Assembly (NCBI RefSeq): GCF_000092105.1
Contig: NC_014148.1
Coordinates: forward strand, 4,530,001 to 4,562,000
Direction of reading: 5' to 3'
Length of the DNA stretch: 32,000 nt
Origin: Planctopirus limnophila DSM 3776
Lineage (GTDB): Bacteria; Planctomycetota; Planctomycetia; Planctomycetales; Planctomycetaceae
The first letter of the stretch is position 1; every line of letters starts with the position of its first letter. The notes under the pieces are model-generated. The model did not search any database, was not told the DNA's origin, and saw nothing but the letters and a program-made list of their open reading frames with translations. A program made the position numbers and the translations under genes. Shown here piece by piece: positions 1-8,787 of the stretch.

Positions 1-1
1 G

Positions 2-187
2 CATTCGGTCGCTTGGCCATCAGAGAAAACCATTCCAGTGGCGTCAGATCATGCCGCCGATTATTCTGCGCAAGGATTTATTGATATGTTCTCACGAACA
101 GCGTTCTTAAAGCATACCGACTGGCCCGATCTCCGGGATGATCGAACTGCAGAAAGCCATCGCGACTTTGTCCAGTCCACGGTCTGA
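2..187 (+). CDS. 3' end of an unidentified CDS entering from upstream of the window (61 codons)
   Basis: Frame 2 is open from base 2 to the TGA at 185-187 (...DWPDLRDDRTAESHRDFVQSTV*). It is absent from the ORF track because it has no start in the window. No family recognised. Confidence 0.3.
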   Translation, partial: HSVAWPSEKTIPVASDHAADYSAQGFIDMFSRTAFLKHTDWPDLRDDRTAESHRDFVQSTV

Positions 188-222
188 AGCTGTGGCTGCT
201 TTCGGATTCAAGGATTTTCTCC

Positions 223-1527
223 ATGCGACGTCCATTGATTGATCTGCGGTTTTTTGAGGCGGGACTGTTTTTGAGCCGCGGGCTGCTGGCTTTGTGGGTG
301 CTGGCGATTGGGCTATTGTCCACGAGTCAGGCGCAGCACAACTGGCCCCAGTTTCTCGGGCCGGAAGGAAATGCTTATGCTCAGAGTACGAAACTTCCCG
401 TCACGATCGGCGAGGAGAACATCTTCTGGCAAACCGCCATTCATGGAAAAGGCTGGTCTTCGCCCGTCATCTGGAACAATGACCTGTGGATGACGACGGC
501 GACTCCCGATGGACACAAGCTCTCGGTGATTTGCGTTGATAAGCCCTCGGGAAAGATTGTGCTCGACAAGCTGTTGTTCGAAGTCGAGAAGCCCAGCGAA
601 ATCCACGATTTCAACAGCTACGCCTCACCCACGCCCGTCTTGGAAGACGGGAAGGCGTGGATCAGTTTTGGCAGCTATGGCACGGCCTGCCTGGCGGGCC
701 GCTCGGGTGAAGTGCTCTGGCAAAGGCGTGATCTCCCTTGCGAGCATTTTCGTGGCCCGGGAAGTTCGCCCATCCTTTTCGAGAATTTGTTGATTCTGCA
801 CATGGACGGCTTTGATTTTCAGTATGTGGTAGCTCTCGACAAGGAAACAGGCCAGACCGTCTGGAAAGTCGATCGTCAGGTCGAATATGGCTCTGAAAAT
901 GGCGACTTCAAGAAAGCCTTCTGTACTCCCACCATCATTCAGGTCAACGGGCAACCACAACTGATCAGCCCCACATCCAAGGCGAGTCTGGCCCTGGATC
1001 CGCGGACGGGGAAAGAGCTCTGGCGGATTCGCTTTAAGGAATTCTCAGCCACTGTCAGGCCGGTCTACGGGAATGGTCTGGTCTTTATCAATACCGGCTT
1101 CGGGAAGGCAGCCCTGCATGCTGTCGATCCGACAGGAACAGGCGATGTGACCGAAACCCACGTTCGCTGGAGTGCTGCCAAAGGCATCCCTTCCAAGCCC
1201 ACGCATGTGCTGGTCGACGATCTGCTCTTTATGGTGCACGATGGTGGTGCCGCCACCTGCTTCGAAGCCACCACTGGCAAACAGCTCTGGCAGGAGCGGC
1301 TCGGTGGCAACTATACCGCCACACCACTCTATGCGGATGGAAAACTCTGGTTCTTCAGCCAGGAGGGAAAGATCAAGGTGCTCAAGGCGTCTCGTGAGTT
1401 TGAAGAACTGGGAGAAAGCCAGCTGGGCGACGGCTTTATGGCATCGCCCGCAGTCAGTGATGACCTGATGTATCTCCGCTCGCGAACGAACCTCTATCAG
1501 GTCGGCAGGAAACCCTCGGCCAATTGA
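223..1527 (+). CDS. PQQ-like (BamB-type) beta-propeller repeat protein, secreted or anchored
   Basis: 434-aa ORF. Hydrophobic N-terminus (LLALWVLAIGLLSTSQAQ) followed by the NWPQFLGPEGN motif and repeated W/G-containing blade-like segments, typical of planctomycete PQQ-like propellers. Confidence 0.8.
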   Translation: MRRPLIDLRFFEAGLFLSRGLLALWVLAIGLLSTSQAQHNWPQFLGPEGNAYAQSTKLPVTIGEENIFWQTAIHGKGWSSPVIWNNDLWMTTATPDGHKLSVICVDKPSGKIVLDKLLFEVEKPSEIHDFNSYASPTPVLEDGKAWISFGSYGTACLAGRSGEVLWQRRDLPCEHFRGPGSSPILFENLLILHMDGFDFQYVVALDKETGQTVWKVDRQVEYGSENGDFKKAFCTPTIIQVNGQPQLISPTSKASLALDPRTGKELWRIRFKEFSATVRPVYGNGLVFINTGFGKAALHAVDPTGTGDVTETHVRWSAAKGIPSKPTHVLVDDLLFMVHDGGAATCFEATTGKQLWQERLGGNYTATPLYADGKLWFFSQEGKIKVLKASREFEELGESQLGDGFMASPAVSDDLMYLRSRTNLYQVGRKPSAN

Positions 1528-1621
1528 GAGAGTGCCTTGCAGTGAATCCGTTGAAGAGAGTCAGGGCGAAGGTGAAAAGGGTTGAAGGTCGGAAGGGGAA
1601 GAAGGCCAGAGAGCAGGGCTG

Positions 1622-1755
1622 CCGCAGGAGCGCTGATTGACTCACAGTGGCGAGAGGCCAAGAGTGTACTGCGATGAAGCCGGTTGTGGATTGCTCGCCC
1701 AATACGTTCGAGTTCCCCTCATCCCGGCCTTCTCCCGTCGGAACGGGAGAAGGAG
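1622..1755 (+). repeat. 134-nt interspersed element, family A, copy 1
   Basis: Same length as 17763-17896, with identical ends: 5' ccgcaggagcgctgattgac and 3' aatacgttcgagttcccctcatcccggccttctcccgtcggaacgggagaaggag. An 11-bp stem hairpin lies at 1728-1753 (ccttctcccgt/acgggagaagg). Confidence 0.85.
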
Positions 1756-1806
1756 TAAAAGCCTTTGCTTGCAGCAGAGCTGCTTGCATCTCTGAAGTGG
1801 TGACTT

Positions 1807-3036
1807 TTACGGAATCATGTAGATAAAGCCCACCACGGCTCCGGCCTGCACAGCGGCGGCGTGAGCATTCCAGGGGATTTGATAGGTGAGCCGGGGTGCC
1901 ACTTCGCCAGGTCGGTAATAGCCGAGAGCATACTGCTTGGATGCTGGGGGATGAATGACCGCCTGATAAGGGAAGCCAATCAGCTGAACACCGAATTTCC
2001 CGAGTGACACGGCGGATTGAATACCAGGTGGATAGTGGTGCCCATATCGCTCCAGTGCCACATCTTCAAAGTAAAGTGGCTGGTGATAAAGGTTGGGTGG
2101 TTCCCACAAGGCCAGGAGGTCAGGATAGTTCCGTGGAGGCGCAGGGCTATTATCGATATGCAGACCCACTTTATTCTGCTGCTCAAGGGCATATCGACGA
2201 ATATCTTCATCCGCCACGGGATCACCGAAGGGAACAATCTGATAAATACGGCGAATCCCGAGATTCGGCAGGGCTGGTGCCAGCCGTTCATCAGCAATGA
2301 TGGCCCGCTCCGACTCCTTTTGCAGCGGTGGAACGGGTGGCAAGTTGGCGGCTGATGGCGAAGTGGCTTGTGTTTCGACCTGTGCAGGAGCATTCACACC
2401 GTTAGAAGTATTTGCATTCACTTCAATTGGTGTCGGGCCCGACTGAACGGCATTTGGAACTGGTGCCTGAGAATTCTGGCTCACTGCAGCGACGATCTGC
2501 TCCGCTGAAGGAGCTGGCAAGATCCACTGATGATCACCCTGCACGAGTACCTCGGGTTGATCCAGAAATGGATAGGCCGGAGGAGTAGTGGCGGCTTGTG
2601 GAGGAGTGTTTGATTCAGGGAACGCCACGACAGCTTTGGAGTTTGCTGTGGGAGCCGCATCGATAATCGAGGCTGGCATGTCGGGCGCAGCCGATTTGCC
2701 TTCCTGGATTCGATCGACAGGGAGACGCTCTGGAGCAGTGCCGGAACCTGACGAACCGACGTTCGTAAAGGCTTGTGTCTCGCTGGAGATCACTGTCTGC
2801 CGGGACAATTTCTGCACGGCGTCCTCTTCGCGAACTTTGGTCCAGCGCTGTTCCGGAGAACGTTCGCGCAAGGTATCCAGCGGACTGCGGGAGGCGTCGC
2901 CGGCTGGTGCCTGAGTGATCAGCACACCTGCCAGTGCGACGGCCAGAGCCGGCTGATACCAGTTCTGCTTACGAGCCTTCGCGATGGGCGTGCTCAACGG
3001 TGTAATTCGGAGATTCTTCGACAATCGTAATGTCAT
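1807..3036 (-). CDS. Hypothetical secreted protein with a Pro/Ala/Gln-rich middle and a conserved-looking C-terminal module
   Basis: 409-aa ORF with ATG at 3036. Basic n-region plus hydrophobic [16 protein letters not shown]. The C-terminal [18 protein letters not shown]... segment I recognise only as a recurrent planctomycete hypothetical family. The 5' end overlaps the guaB 3' end by 68 nt. Confidence 0.65.
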   Translation of the reverse strand: MTLRLSKNLRITPLSTPIAKARKQNWYQPALAVALAGVLITQAPAGDASRSPLDTLRERSPEQRWTKVREEDAVQKLSRQTVISSETQAFTNVGSSGSGTAPERLPVDRIQEGKSAAPDMPASIIDAAPTANSKAVVAFPESNTPPQAATTPPAYPFLDQPEVLVQGDHQWILPAPSAEQIVAAVSQNSQAPVPNAVQSGPTPIEVNANTSNGVNAPAQVETQATSPSAANLPPVPPLQKESERAIIADERLAPALPNLGIRRIYQIVPFGDPVADEDIRRYALEQQNKVGLHIDNSPAPPRNYPDLLALWEPPNLYHQPLYFEDVALERYGHHYPPGIQSAVSLGKFGVQLIGFPYQAVIHPPASKQYALGYYRPGEVAPRLTYQIPWNAHAAAVQAGAVVGFIYMIP

Positions 3037-4465
3037 GGGGATGGTTCTCCCTCACTGTGGCAGCCGAGACTTGAATGAACCGCGTGTTTGTCCGCAGATC
3101 ATCAATCGTGGGCACACCGCAGTATCCCATGCCGGCCCGCAGGCCACCGATCAACTGGTAAACCAGATTGTGGAGCGAGCCTTTATGAGCCACTCGCCCT
3201 TCAACGCCTTCGGGAACGAGCTTCCCTGCTCCACGCCCTGGACTGCTTTCGTCAACTTTCCCTTGCCGGTAGCGTTCGCTGCTCCCTTTGACCATGGCAC
3301 CCATCGAGCCCATGCCCCGGTAGCGTTTGTAGCTGCGGCCCTGGAAAAGAATGACTTCTCCGGGGCTTTCATCCACACCCGCCAGCAAACTTCCCAGCAT
3401 CACGCAATGACCACCAGCAGCCAAAGCCTTGGTGATATCACCGCTATACCTGATGCCACCATCGGCAATGATCGGAACATCAGTCCCGGCCACTGCCAAT
3501 GAGGCATTGTGTATCGCCGTTAACTGAGGAACACCCACACCGGCAATAATTCGCGTCGTGCAGATCGAGCCTGGGCCAATGCCCACCTTGATTGCATCCG
3601 CCCCCGCCATCAGGAGATCTCGGGCTCCTGCCGTTGTGGCAACATTCCCTGCTATCACATCGATCTCTGGCCAGCGTTTCTTCACCTCGCTAACGGTCTG
3701 AATCACGTTTTGGCTATGTCCGTGTGCGCTGTCGACACAAAGCACATCAACCCCCCTGTCGATAAGGGCCGCAGCACGCTCAAAGTCAAACACGCCGACG
3801 GCGGCACCGACGCGCAAACGTCCACGTCGATCTTTACTCGCTTTCGGGAAACGCAGGTTTTTATCGATATCCTTGATCGTGATCAGCCCCTTGAGCTGAA
3901 ACTCGTCATCCACCAGCAGCAGCTTCTCAACCTTGTTTTCGAGGAGAATCCGCTCGGCTTCTTCGAGAGTCGTATTCTCTTTCGCCGTCACGAGATTCTC
4001 TTTGGTCATCACTTCGGAAATCGGCGTATCTTTCGACGCGAGAAACCGCAGGTCGCGACGTGTCAGAATCCCTTTGAGCCGACCGTTTTGAGTGACCGGA
4101 ACACCACCAATGTTCCTTTGCTCCATGATTTCCCAGGCGGCCAGCGCTGTCGCCTCTGGCGGGAGAGTCACGGGATCGACAATGACGCCGTGTTCACTGC
4201 GTTTGACCCGCTCGACATGCAACGCCTGTTGTTCGATCGAGAGGTTTTTATGAATGATCCCCATGCCCCCTTCCTGCGCCATGGCAATGGCCATGTCGCT
4301 TTCCGTCACGGTATCCATGGGGCTGGAAACAATCGGCACATTCAGCCGGATATTGCGGGTGAGTCGAGAAGATGTTTCGACATCGGAAGGTACGAGTTCA
4401 CTATAGCCCGGTTCGAGCAGAACATCGTCGAAGGTGATTCCCTGATAGGCAATTCGATCTTGCAT
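2969..4465 (-). CDS. guaB: Inosine-5'-monophosphate dehydrogenase
   Basis: 498 aa. Contains SSPMDTVTE, a tandem CBS insert, the catalytic loop [11 protein letters not shown], and [11 protein letters not shown]. Full-length colinear resemblance to bacterial IMPDH. Confidence 0.97.
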   Translation of the reverse strand: MQDRIAYQGITFDDVLLEPGYSELVPSDVETSSRLTRNIRLNVPIVSSPMDTVTESDMAIAMAQEGGMGIIHKNLSIEQQALHVERVKRSEHGVIVDPVTLPPEATALAAWEIMEQRNIGGVPVTQNGRLKGILTRRDLRFLASKDTPISEVMTKENLVTAKENTTLEEAERILLENKVEKLLLVDDEFQLKGLITIKDIDKNLRFPKASKDRRGRLRVGAAVGVFDFERAAALIDRGVDVLCVDSAHGHSQNVIQTVSEVKKRWPEIDVIAGNVATTAGARDLLMAGADAIKVGIGPGSICTTRIIAGVGVPQLTAIHNASLAVAGTDVPIIADGGIRYSGDITKALAAGGHCVMLGSLLAGVDESPGEVILFQGRSYKRYRGMGSMGAMVKGSSERYRQGKVDESSPGRGAGKLVPEGVEGRVAHKGSLHNLVYQLIGGLRAGMGYCGVPTIDDLRTNTRFIQVSAATVRENHPHDITIVEESPNYTVEHAHREGS

Positions 4466-4522
4466 GGTAATGAGATTCTCCGACAGAGCCGGCTGCTGCC
4501 AGAATCTGGCAGGAGGCAGTTT

Positions 4523-5467
4523 TCAGTTCGCAGTTTTCAGTGAATCAAGACCCGCGGCGGGTGTTGATGGATTAGTTTCGTGGTATAGCAGGTTGGCCAA
4601 GGCCACATGAATCTCAGTCGGTAGTTCTTCAGCCCGTGCCTGTGGAGTAATCCCTGCCTGCTGGAGCAATTCATCGATGCGGGGTTTAGCCACCTGGGAA
4701 TAGGTGCTGCACAGGACACCACGCAACAGCTTGCGCCGGTGCATGAAGATCGCTCGCAGATAGTTATGGAAGAATTCCGGATCGGCAATGCGGTCTCGCC
4801 TGGCTGGTGCCGGTGTGACGAGCACTACGGCAGAATCAATCTTGGGCCTGGGCCAGAAGACATCCGGAGGGAGCTTGCGCAGAATTTCGATATCGCATTG
4901 CGACTGTAACCAGATCGACAGCCCGCTGTAATCGCTGCTCCCTGGCGTTGCCTGCATCCGCACGGCCATTTCCCACTGGACAGTCACCACCATCCGCGAC
5001 CAGGGCCACTCGCTTCCCACAATCATGGAAATGACCGGAGTGGCAATGTTGTAAGGCAAATTGGCCACCAGCTTTAAGGTCGAGCCGGGCCGTCTGGCCA
5101 GGGCGGTGTTGACACTTTCGACCAGCAAAGGATGGAGTTGATTTTTGTTCTTGAGAGCGTCGGTATTCACCCACTGCACATTCGACAAGCCGGCATGCTG
5201 TTTTGTCGCAATCGCATGCATGTTCGGGTCGTACTCGATCGAGACGACTTCGCCCGCTTCTGCAGCGAGGAAAATCGTGAGACCGCCTGTCCCGGTCCCC
5301 ACTTCGAGAACCACATCATCTTTGGATAACTGGGCCTCGCGGGCCACCAGTTCCACCAGATTGATATCAATCAGAAAATTCTGACCCAGATCACCGCGCG
5401 GATTAATCCGGAGCTTATGAAACAGCTCCGTCAGATGTGTGCGCGTTTGGCGGTGGTCTTCGCTCAT
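4523..5467 (-). CDS. rsmA: 16S rRNA (adenine1518/1519-N6)-dimethyltransferase
   Basis: GQNFLID motif, SAM-binding VLEVGTGTGGLT, and NLPYNIATP. ATG at 5467 (MSEDH...) is preferred over the TTG at 5518 used by the ORF track. Confidence 0.92.
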   Translation of the reverse strand: MSEDHRQTRTHLTELFHKLRINPRGDLGQNFLIDINLVELVAREAQLSKDDVVLEVGTGTGGLTIFLAAEAGEVVSIEYDPNMHAIATKQHAGLSNVQWVNTDALKNKNQLHPLLVESVNTALARRPGSTLKLVANLPYNIATPVISMIVGSEWPWSRMVVTVQWEMAVRMQATPGSSDYSGLSIWLQSQCDIEILRKLPPDVFWPRPKIDSAVVLVTPAPARRDRIADPEFFHNYLRAIFMHRRKLLRGVLCSTYSQVAKPRIDELLQQAGITPQARAEELPTEIHVALANLLYHETNPSTPAAGLDSLKTAN

Positions 5468-5978
5468 AGGTTCTGGGGCAAGTACTCTGGCCACTCGCAA
5501 AGAGCGGCGAAGGATCAATCAGTCAAGAATACCCGCAGGAATCCTTTTTGGCGAATCGACCACTGGAAAAATTTTCTGTGAATCCCTTCACCCGGCGATC
5601 TGTTGTGGAAATCAACGGGAAAAACCTTCCCCATTACGGATTCCAATAAACGTCCGCGCGGCGGGTGGCTGGGGTTGAGTCTTCGAACCCCCAGCGATCT
5701 TTGGCACTATCTGGGGGTTCCCGAAGACGTGTGGCCCCAGCCATCCCCATACCAAGGAGCCCAGTTGATTATTGGATTCCGTACCCAAGATTTCCTCGAA
5801 CTGCCAATCAGCGGGTAGCGATGGGTGGAAATCGATTGTTAGGATGAAGGACGATTCCTTGATATGGCATTCATCGAGCTGGCACTTTTCGTCAATTTCG
5901 GACGGCAGACATCCCGAGCAGGCACTATCTTTTCAAACTCTCGACAACCGGGTATTGACAACTGGAAAGGGTATTTTC

Positions 5979-7244
5979 ATGAGCAGACAGCAGCTTTCCC
6001 GACGCACCTTCCTGGCGGCTTCCGCCGTATTTGCGGCTCCACTGATTATTCCCGCGCGGGCGTTTGGTGCCAATGAGCGAATTGTTACTGCACACATCGG
6101 GATTGGCGGTCAGGGCTCGGGAAATCTCAAGGCGTTTATGGGTCAGGGTGTCGCCCCGGCCGCGATTGTCGATGTCGATTCCAAGCGGTTGGCCAGCACG
6201 ATCAAGATGGTCAGCGAGAAGGGCTTCAAGGTCGACGGTTACGACGATTACCGCAAGGTGCTCGAACGCAAAGATATCGATGCCATTGTCGTTTCCACTC
6301 CGGATCACTGGCACGCCTTGCCGACCGTGCATGGTTGCCAGGCGGGCAAAGATGTTTATTGCGAAAAGCCACTCACGCTGACGATTCCCGAAGGCCGGGC
6401 CATGGTGGAAGCGGCTCGTGCTCATAACCGCATTGTGCAGACTGGTTCACAGCAACGATCCGATGCCAAGTTCCGTAAGGCGTGTGAGCTGGTGCGTAAT
6501 GGAAAAATTGGCAAGGTGAACAAGGTTCTGGTCGGTCTGGCCAAGTCGAACTTTGGTGGCCCACCTGTTGCTGATTCTGAGCCGCCAGCCGAACTCAACT
6601 ACGACATGTGGCTCGGGCCGGCACCACAACGGCCATATAACCAGAAGCGAGTCCATTACAACTTCCGCTTCTTCTGGGATTACTCGGGCGGGCAGATGAC
6701 CAACTGGGGTGCCCATCACATTGATATTGCTCACTGGGCACTCGGTTTTGACCATACCGGGCCAGTCAGCACAGAAGGGACAGCCGAGTTCCATCCCGAG
6801 AAGTGGTTTGAAGTCTCGACGGCTTGTCGCATCACTCACAAGTATGGCAACGGCGTCGAAATCGTTGTGGGACAGGAACAGAAAGACATTCCTGGCGGCA
6901 CGACATTCATTGGTGAGAAAGGGACGATTTTCGTCAATCGCGGCGTGCTGCGCGGAACTCCAGCCGAGTTGATCGAGCAGGAACTTTCGAGCGGTGACGA
7001 ATCGCTCTATGTTTCGAGCAATCATCACAAGAATTTTCTCGACTGCATCAAGTCGCGCGAACTGCCGATCTGCGATGTCGAGATTGGCCACCGGACTGCC
7101 AGTGCCTGCCACCTGGGGAACATTGCGATTCGTTTGGGCCGCAAGATTGAATGGGATCCCGTCAACGAAAAGATTGTGGGCAATGATCCTGAAGCCATCG
7201 CTCTGGTGAATCGTCCGTATCGGGCACCGTGGTCGCTGAAGTAA
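5979..7244 (+). CDS. Gfo/Idh/MocA-family oxidoreductase with twin-arginine signal
   Basis: Internal ATG at 5979 gives MSRQQLSRRTFLAASAVFAAPLIIPARA (a Tat-type signal). Followed by a Rossmann-type GIGGQG and the VYCEKPLT motif typical of the family. The upstream 69 codons of ORF 5772 look non-coding. Confidence 0.9.
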   Translation: MSRQQLSRRTFLAASAVFAAPLIIPARAFGANERIVTAHIGIGGQGSGNLKAFMGQGVAPAAIVDVDSKRLASTIKMVSEKGFKVDGYDDYRKVLERKDIDAIVVSTPDHWHALPTVHGCQAGKDVYCEKPLTLTIPEGRAMVEAARAHNRIVQTGSQQRSDAKFRKACELVRNGKIGKVNKVLVGLAKSNFGGPPVADSEPPAELNYDMWLGPAPQRPYNQKRVHYNFRFFWDYSGGQMTNWGAHHIDIAHWALGFDHTGPVSTEGTAEFHPEKWFEVSTACRITHKYGNGVEIVVGQEQKDIPGGTTFIGEKGTIFVNRGVLRGTPAELIEQELSSGDESLYVSSNHHKNFLDCIKSRELPICDVEIGHRTASACHLGNIAIRLGRKIEWDPVNEKIVGNDPEAIALVNRPYRAPWSLK

Positions 7245-7253
7245 TTGGATGGA

Positions 7254-7353
7254 TTGGTGTTTGGTGTTGGGTCTTTGGTATTTGTCTGTTGGAAAGATGC
7301 TGTATAAATCGCTGAAATAGCTGGCTCGACAAACACCCAACACCAAACACCCA
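7254..7353. repeat. 100-bp element with 23-bp imperfect terminal inverted repeats (G/T-rich arm versus C/A-rich arm)
   Basis: 7256-7272 ggtgtttggtgttgggt is the exact reverse complement of 7335-7351. Extending to 7254-7276 / 7331-7353 gives 21 of 23 pairs. The right arm also contains a tandem 14-mer, aaacacccaacacc x2, at 7331-7358. Confidence 0.7.
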
Positions 7354-7375
7354 ACACCTCCCTTACAAATGAAAA

Positions 7376-7403
7376 CAGCCCCCGGTCTTGCGATCGGGGG
7401 CTG
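7376..7403. terminator. Bidirectional intrinsic-terminator-like hairpin between convergent genes
   Basis: Perfect 9-bp GC-rich stem cagcccccg (7376-7384) / cgggggctg (7395-7403) with a 10-nt loop. T-containing tail on the + strand (ctgttcgtt) and T-rich tail on the - strand (tttcatttg). It sits between the stop at 7244 (+) and the stop at 7468 (-). Confidence 0.65.
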
Positions 7404-7467
7404 CTGTTCGTTGTAACACCGTCAGAAGTCTATTGCCGTTATCGATTCACTGTTCAGCCGACACAAA

Positions 7468-8787
7468 CTAGTTGTTGAAGCTGAAGAGCTGGCGATATTC
7501 GCTGTTCTTGCGAGCAGCAGGTGGAACTGGAGCTGGGATAGCTTCGGGAGCCATTGGGGCAGGGGCTGGTGCCATTGCTGGAGCAGTGCCTGGGCAGGTG
7601 CCTGGTGCACAGCTTGTCGAGCAGACAGCATCGCAGTTACCTTCAACAACTTCGTAGCCGCAGAGTTCCAGAGCCTGCTTGGCCTGACGAACGACTGGCT
7701 TGTGGCAATCACCCAAAGCGTGTGTCAGAGCAGCGACAACTTCTGGCGAGCAGCAGCAGTGCTTGCGGATCTGGTCACCGATTTCATCGGCAGCCTTCAG
7801 ACGAACTCGTTCATCGGTATCGTTGAGGGCGTAGATGAAGGCGCACATGATTTCTGGGCTGCAGACGCAGTTGTACTTGTCACCCAGCTTGTGGATGGCA
7901 TGACGACGATCCTTGGCGTAGCAAGCTGTCTGCGAGGTGTAGATCAGCTTGGCAACTTCGCAAGGGTCAACGTCACAGCAGGTTGTGGTTGCACAGCTGG
8001 TTGGAGCTGGAGCAGCACAGCCTGGAGCACAGGCAGCGGGAGCAGCACAGCCTGCAGGAGCAGGTGCACATGTTGAACCGCACGATGGCTTGGCGCACTT
8101 AGCCTTCAAGCGAGCGAACAGACCACAGTGCTTGGCAGCTGGAGTGCAGCTGGGAGCACAGGTGGCTGGAGCGCAGGTGCTTGGGGCTGGAGCGGCACAA
8201 GCTGGAGCACAAGCAGCAGGGGCTGGAGCACAGGCTGCAGGAGCAGCACAGGCTGGAGCACAAGCGGCTGGAGCTGGAGCACAGGCTGCAGGAGCGGCAC
8301 AGGCTGGTGCACAAGCAGCTGGGGCTGGAGCACAGGCTGCAGGAGCAGCACAGGCTGGAGCACAAGCGGCTGGAGCTGGAGCACAGGCTGCAGGAGCAGC
8401 ACAAGCTGGAGCACAAGCAGCTGGAGCTGGAGCACAGGCTGCAGGAGCAGCACAGGCTGGAGCACAAGCGGCTGGGGCTGGAGCACAGGCTGCAGGAGCA
8501 GCACAAGCAGGAGCGGCGGCAGCAGGTGCACAGCAAGTCGCTGGAGCACATGTATCGCAGCAGGGGGGCTTAATGTCGGAGCACTTGCGCTGATAAACGT
8601 AAACGTTTGGCGAGCAAGGCTTGACAATAACGGGCTTACAGCAGGCAGGCTGACTGGTCGAAGCACAACCACAAGCCTTTTCGGTACCGCAGCCATGGCC
8701 GCGGAAAAGGCCGGCTTCAGCCAGCGAGGCCATGCTCATCGCAGCAAGCATGGTTCCACAAAACTTGATCCATCGCATGAGTCTCAA
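7468..8787 (-). CDS. Secreted Cys/Ala/Pro-rich tandem-repeat protein with C-terminal HEAT-like repeats
   Basis: 439 aa with signal peptide MRLMRWIKFCGTMLAAMSMASLAEA. About six identical 17-aa repeats (APACAAPAACAPAPAAC). The C-terminal half carries HEAT-like units (RRHAIHKLGD, DERVRLKAADEIGD, KPVVRQAKQALE) studded with CC/CCC. Confidence 0.8.
   Translation of the reverse strand: MRLMRWIKFCGTMLAAMSMASLAEAGLFRGHGCGTEKACGCASTSQPACCKPVIVKPCSPNVYVYQRKCSDIKPPCCDTCAPATCCAPAAAAPACAAPAACAPAPAACAPACAAPAACAPAPAACAPACAAPAACAPAPAACAPACAAPAACAPAPAACAPACAAPAACAPAPAACAPACAAPAACAPAPAACAPACAAPAPSTCAPATCAPSCTPAAKHCGLFARLKAKCAKPSCGSTCAPAPAGCAAPAACAPGCAAPAPTSCATTTCCDVDPCEVAKLIYTSQTACYAKDRRHAIHKLGDKYNCVCSPEIMCAFIYALNDTDERVRLKAADEIGDQIRKHCCCSPEVVAALTHALGDCHKPVVRQAKQALELCGYEVVEGNCDAVCSTSCAPGTCPGTAPAMAPAPAPMAPEAIPAPVPPAARKNSEYRQLFSFNN
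8190..8510 (-). repeat. In-frame 51-bp tandem repeat array (about 6.3 copies) inside the Cys-rich CDS
   Basis: Unit starts on the + strand are at 8225, 8276, 8327, 8378, 8429 and 8480, exactly 51 nt apart. Unit: ggagcacaggctgcaggagcagcacaggctggagcacaagcggctggagct. Copies differ at a few positions only. Confidence 0.9.

Noticed and set aside
1454-1789. ORFs translating the interspersed repeats (1454-1789 -, 9473-9676 +, 9631-9846 -, 12870-13331 +, 17751-17963 -, 23566-23991 +) and sharing peptides such as SPVPTGEGRDEG
   Set aside because: The shared peptide is simply the translation of the palindromic repeat hairpins. The ORFs have no consistent starts or lengths and sit in intergenic positions.
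3710-4543. 277-aa ORF antisense to guaB. Similar long antisense or off-frame ORFs: 6447-7346 (-), 11866-12585 (-), 22430-23167 (-), 26963-27568 (-), 31291-31893 (-)
   Set aside because: Each lies opposite or out of frame within a confidently identified gene. Their Arg/Gly/His-rich composition is typical of antisense frames in GC-rich DNA, and none shows a recognisable motif.
5772-5978. The upstream 69 codons of ORF-track entry 5772-7244
   Set aside because: The twin-arginine signal peptide begins exactly at the internal ATG at 5979, and the preceding residues (…SSSWHFSSISDGRH…) have no protein-like character.
8190-8510. Regular 51-bp periodicity considered as a possible CRISPR array
   Set aside because: The units are contiguous with no unique spacers, they lie in frame inside a CDS, and no cas genes or leader are present.
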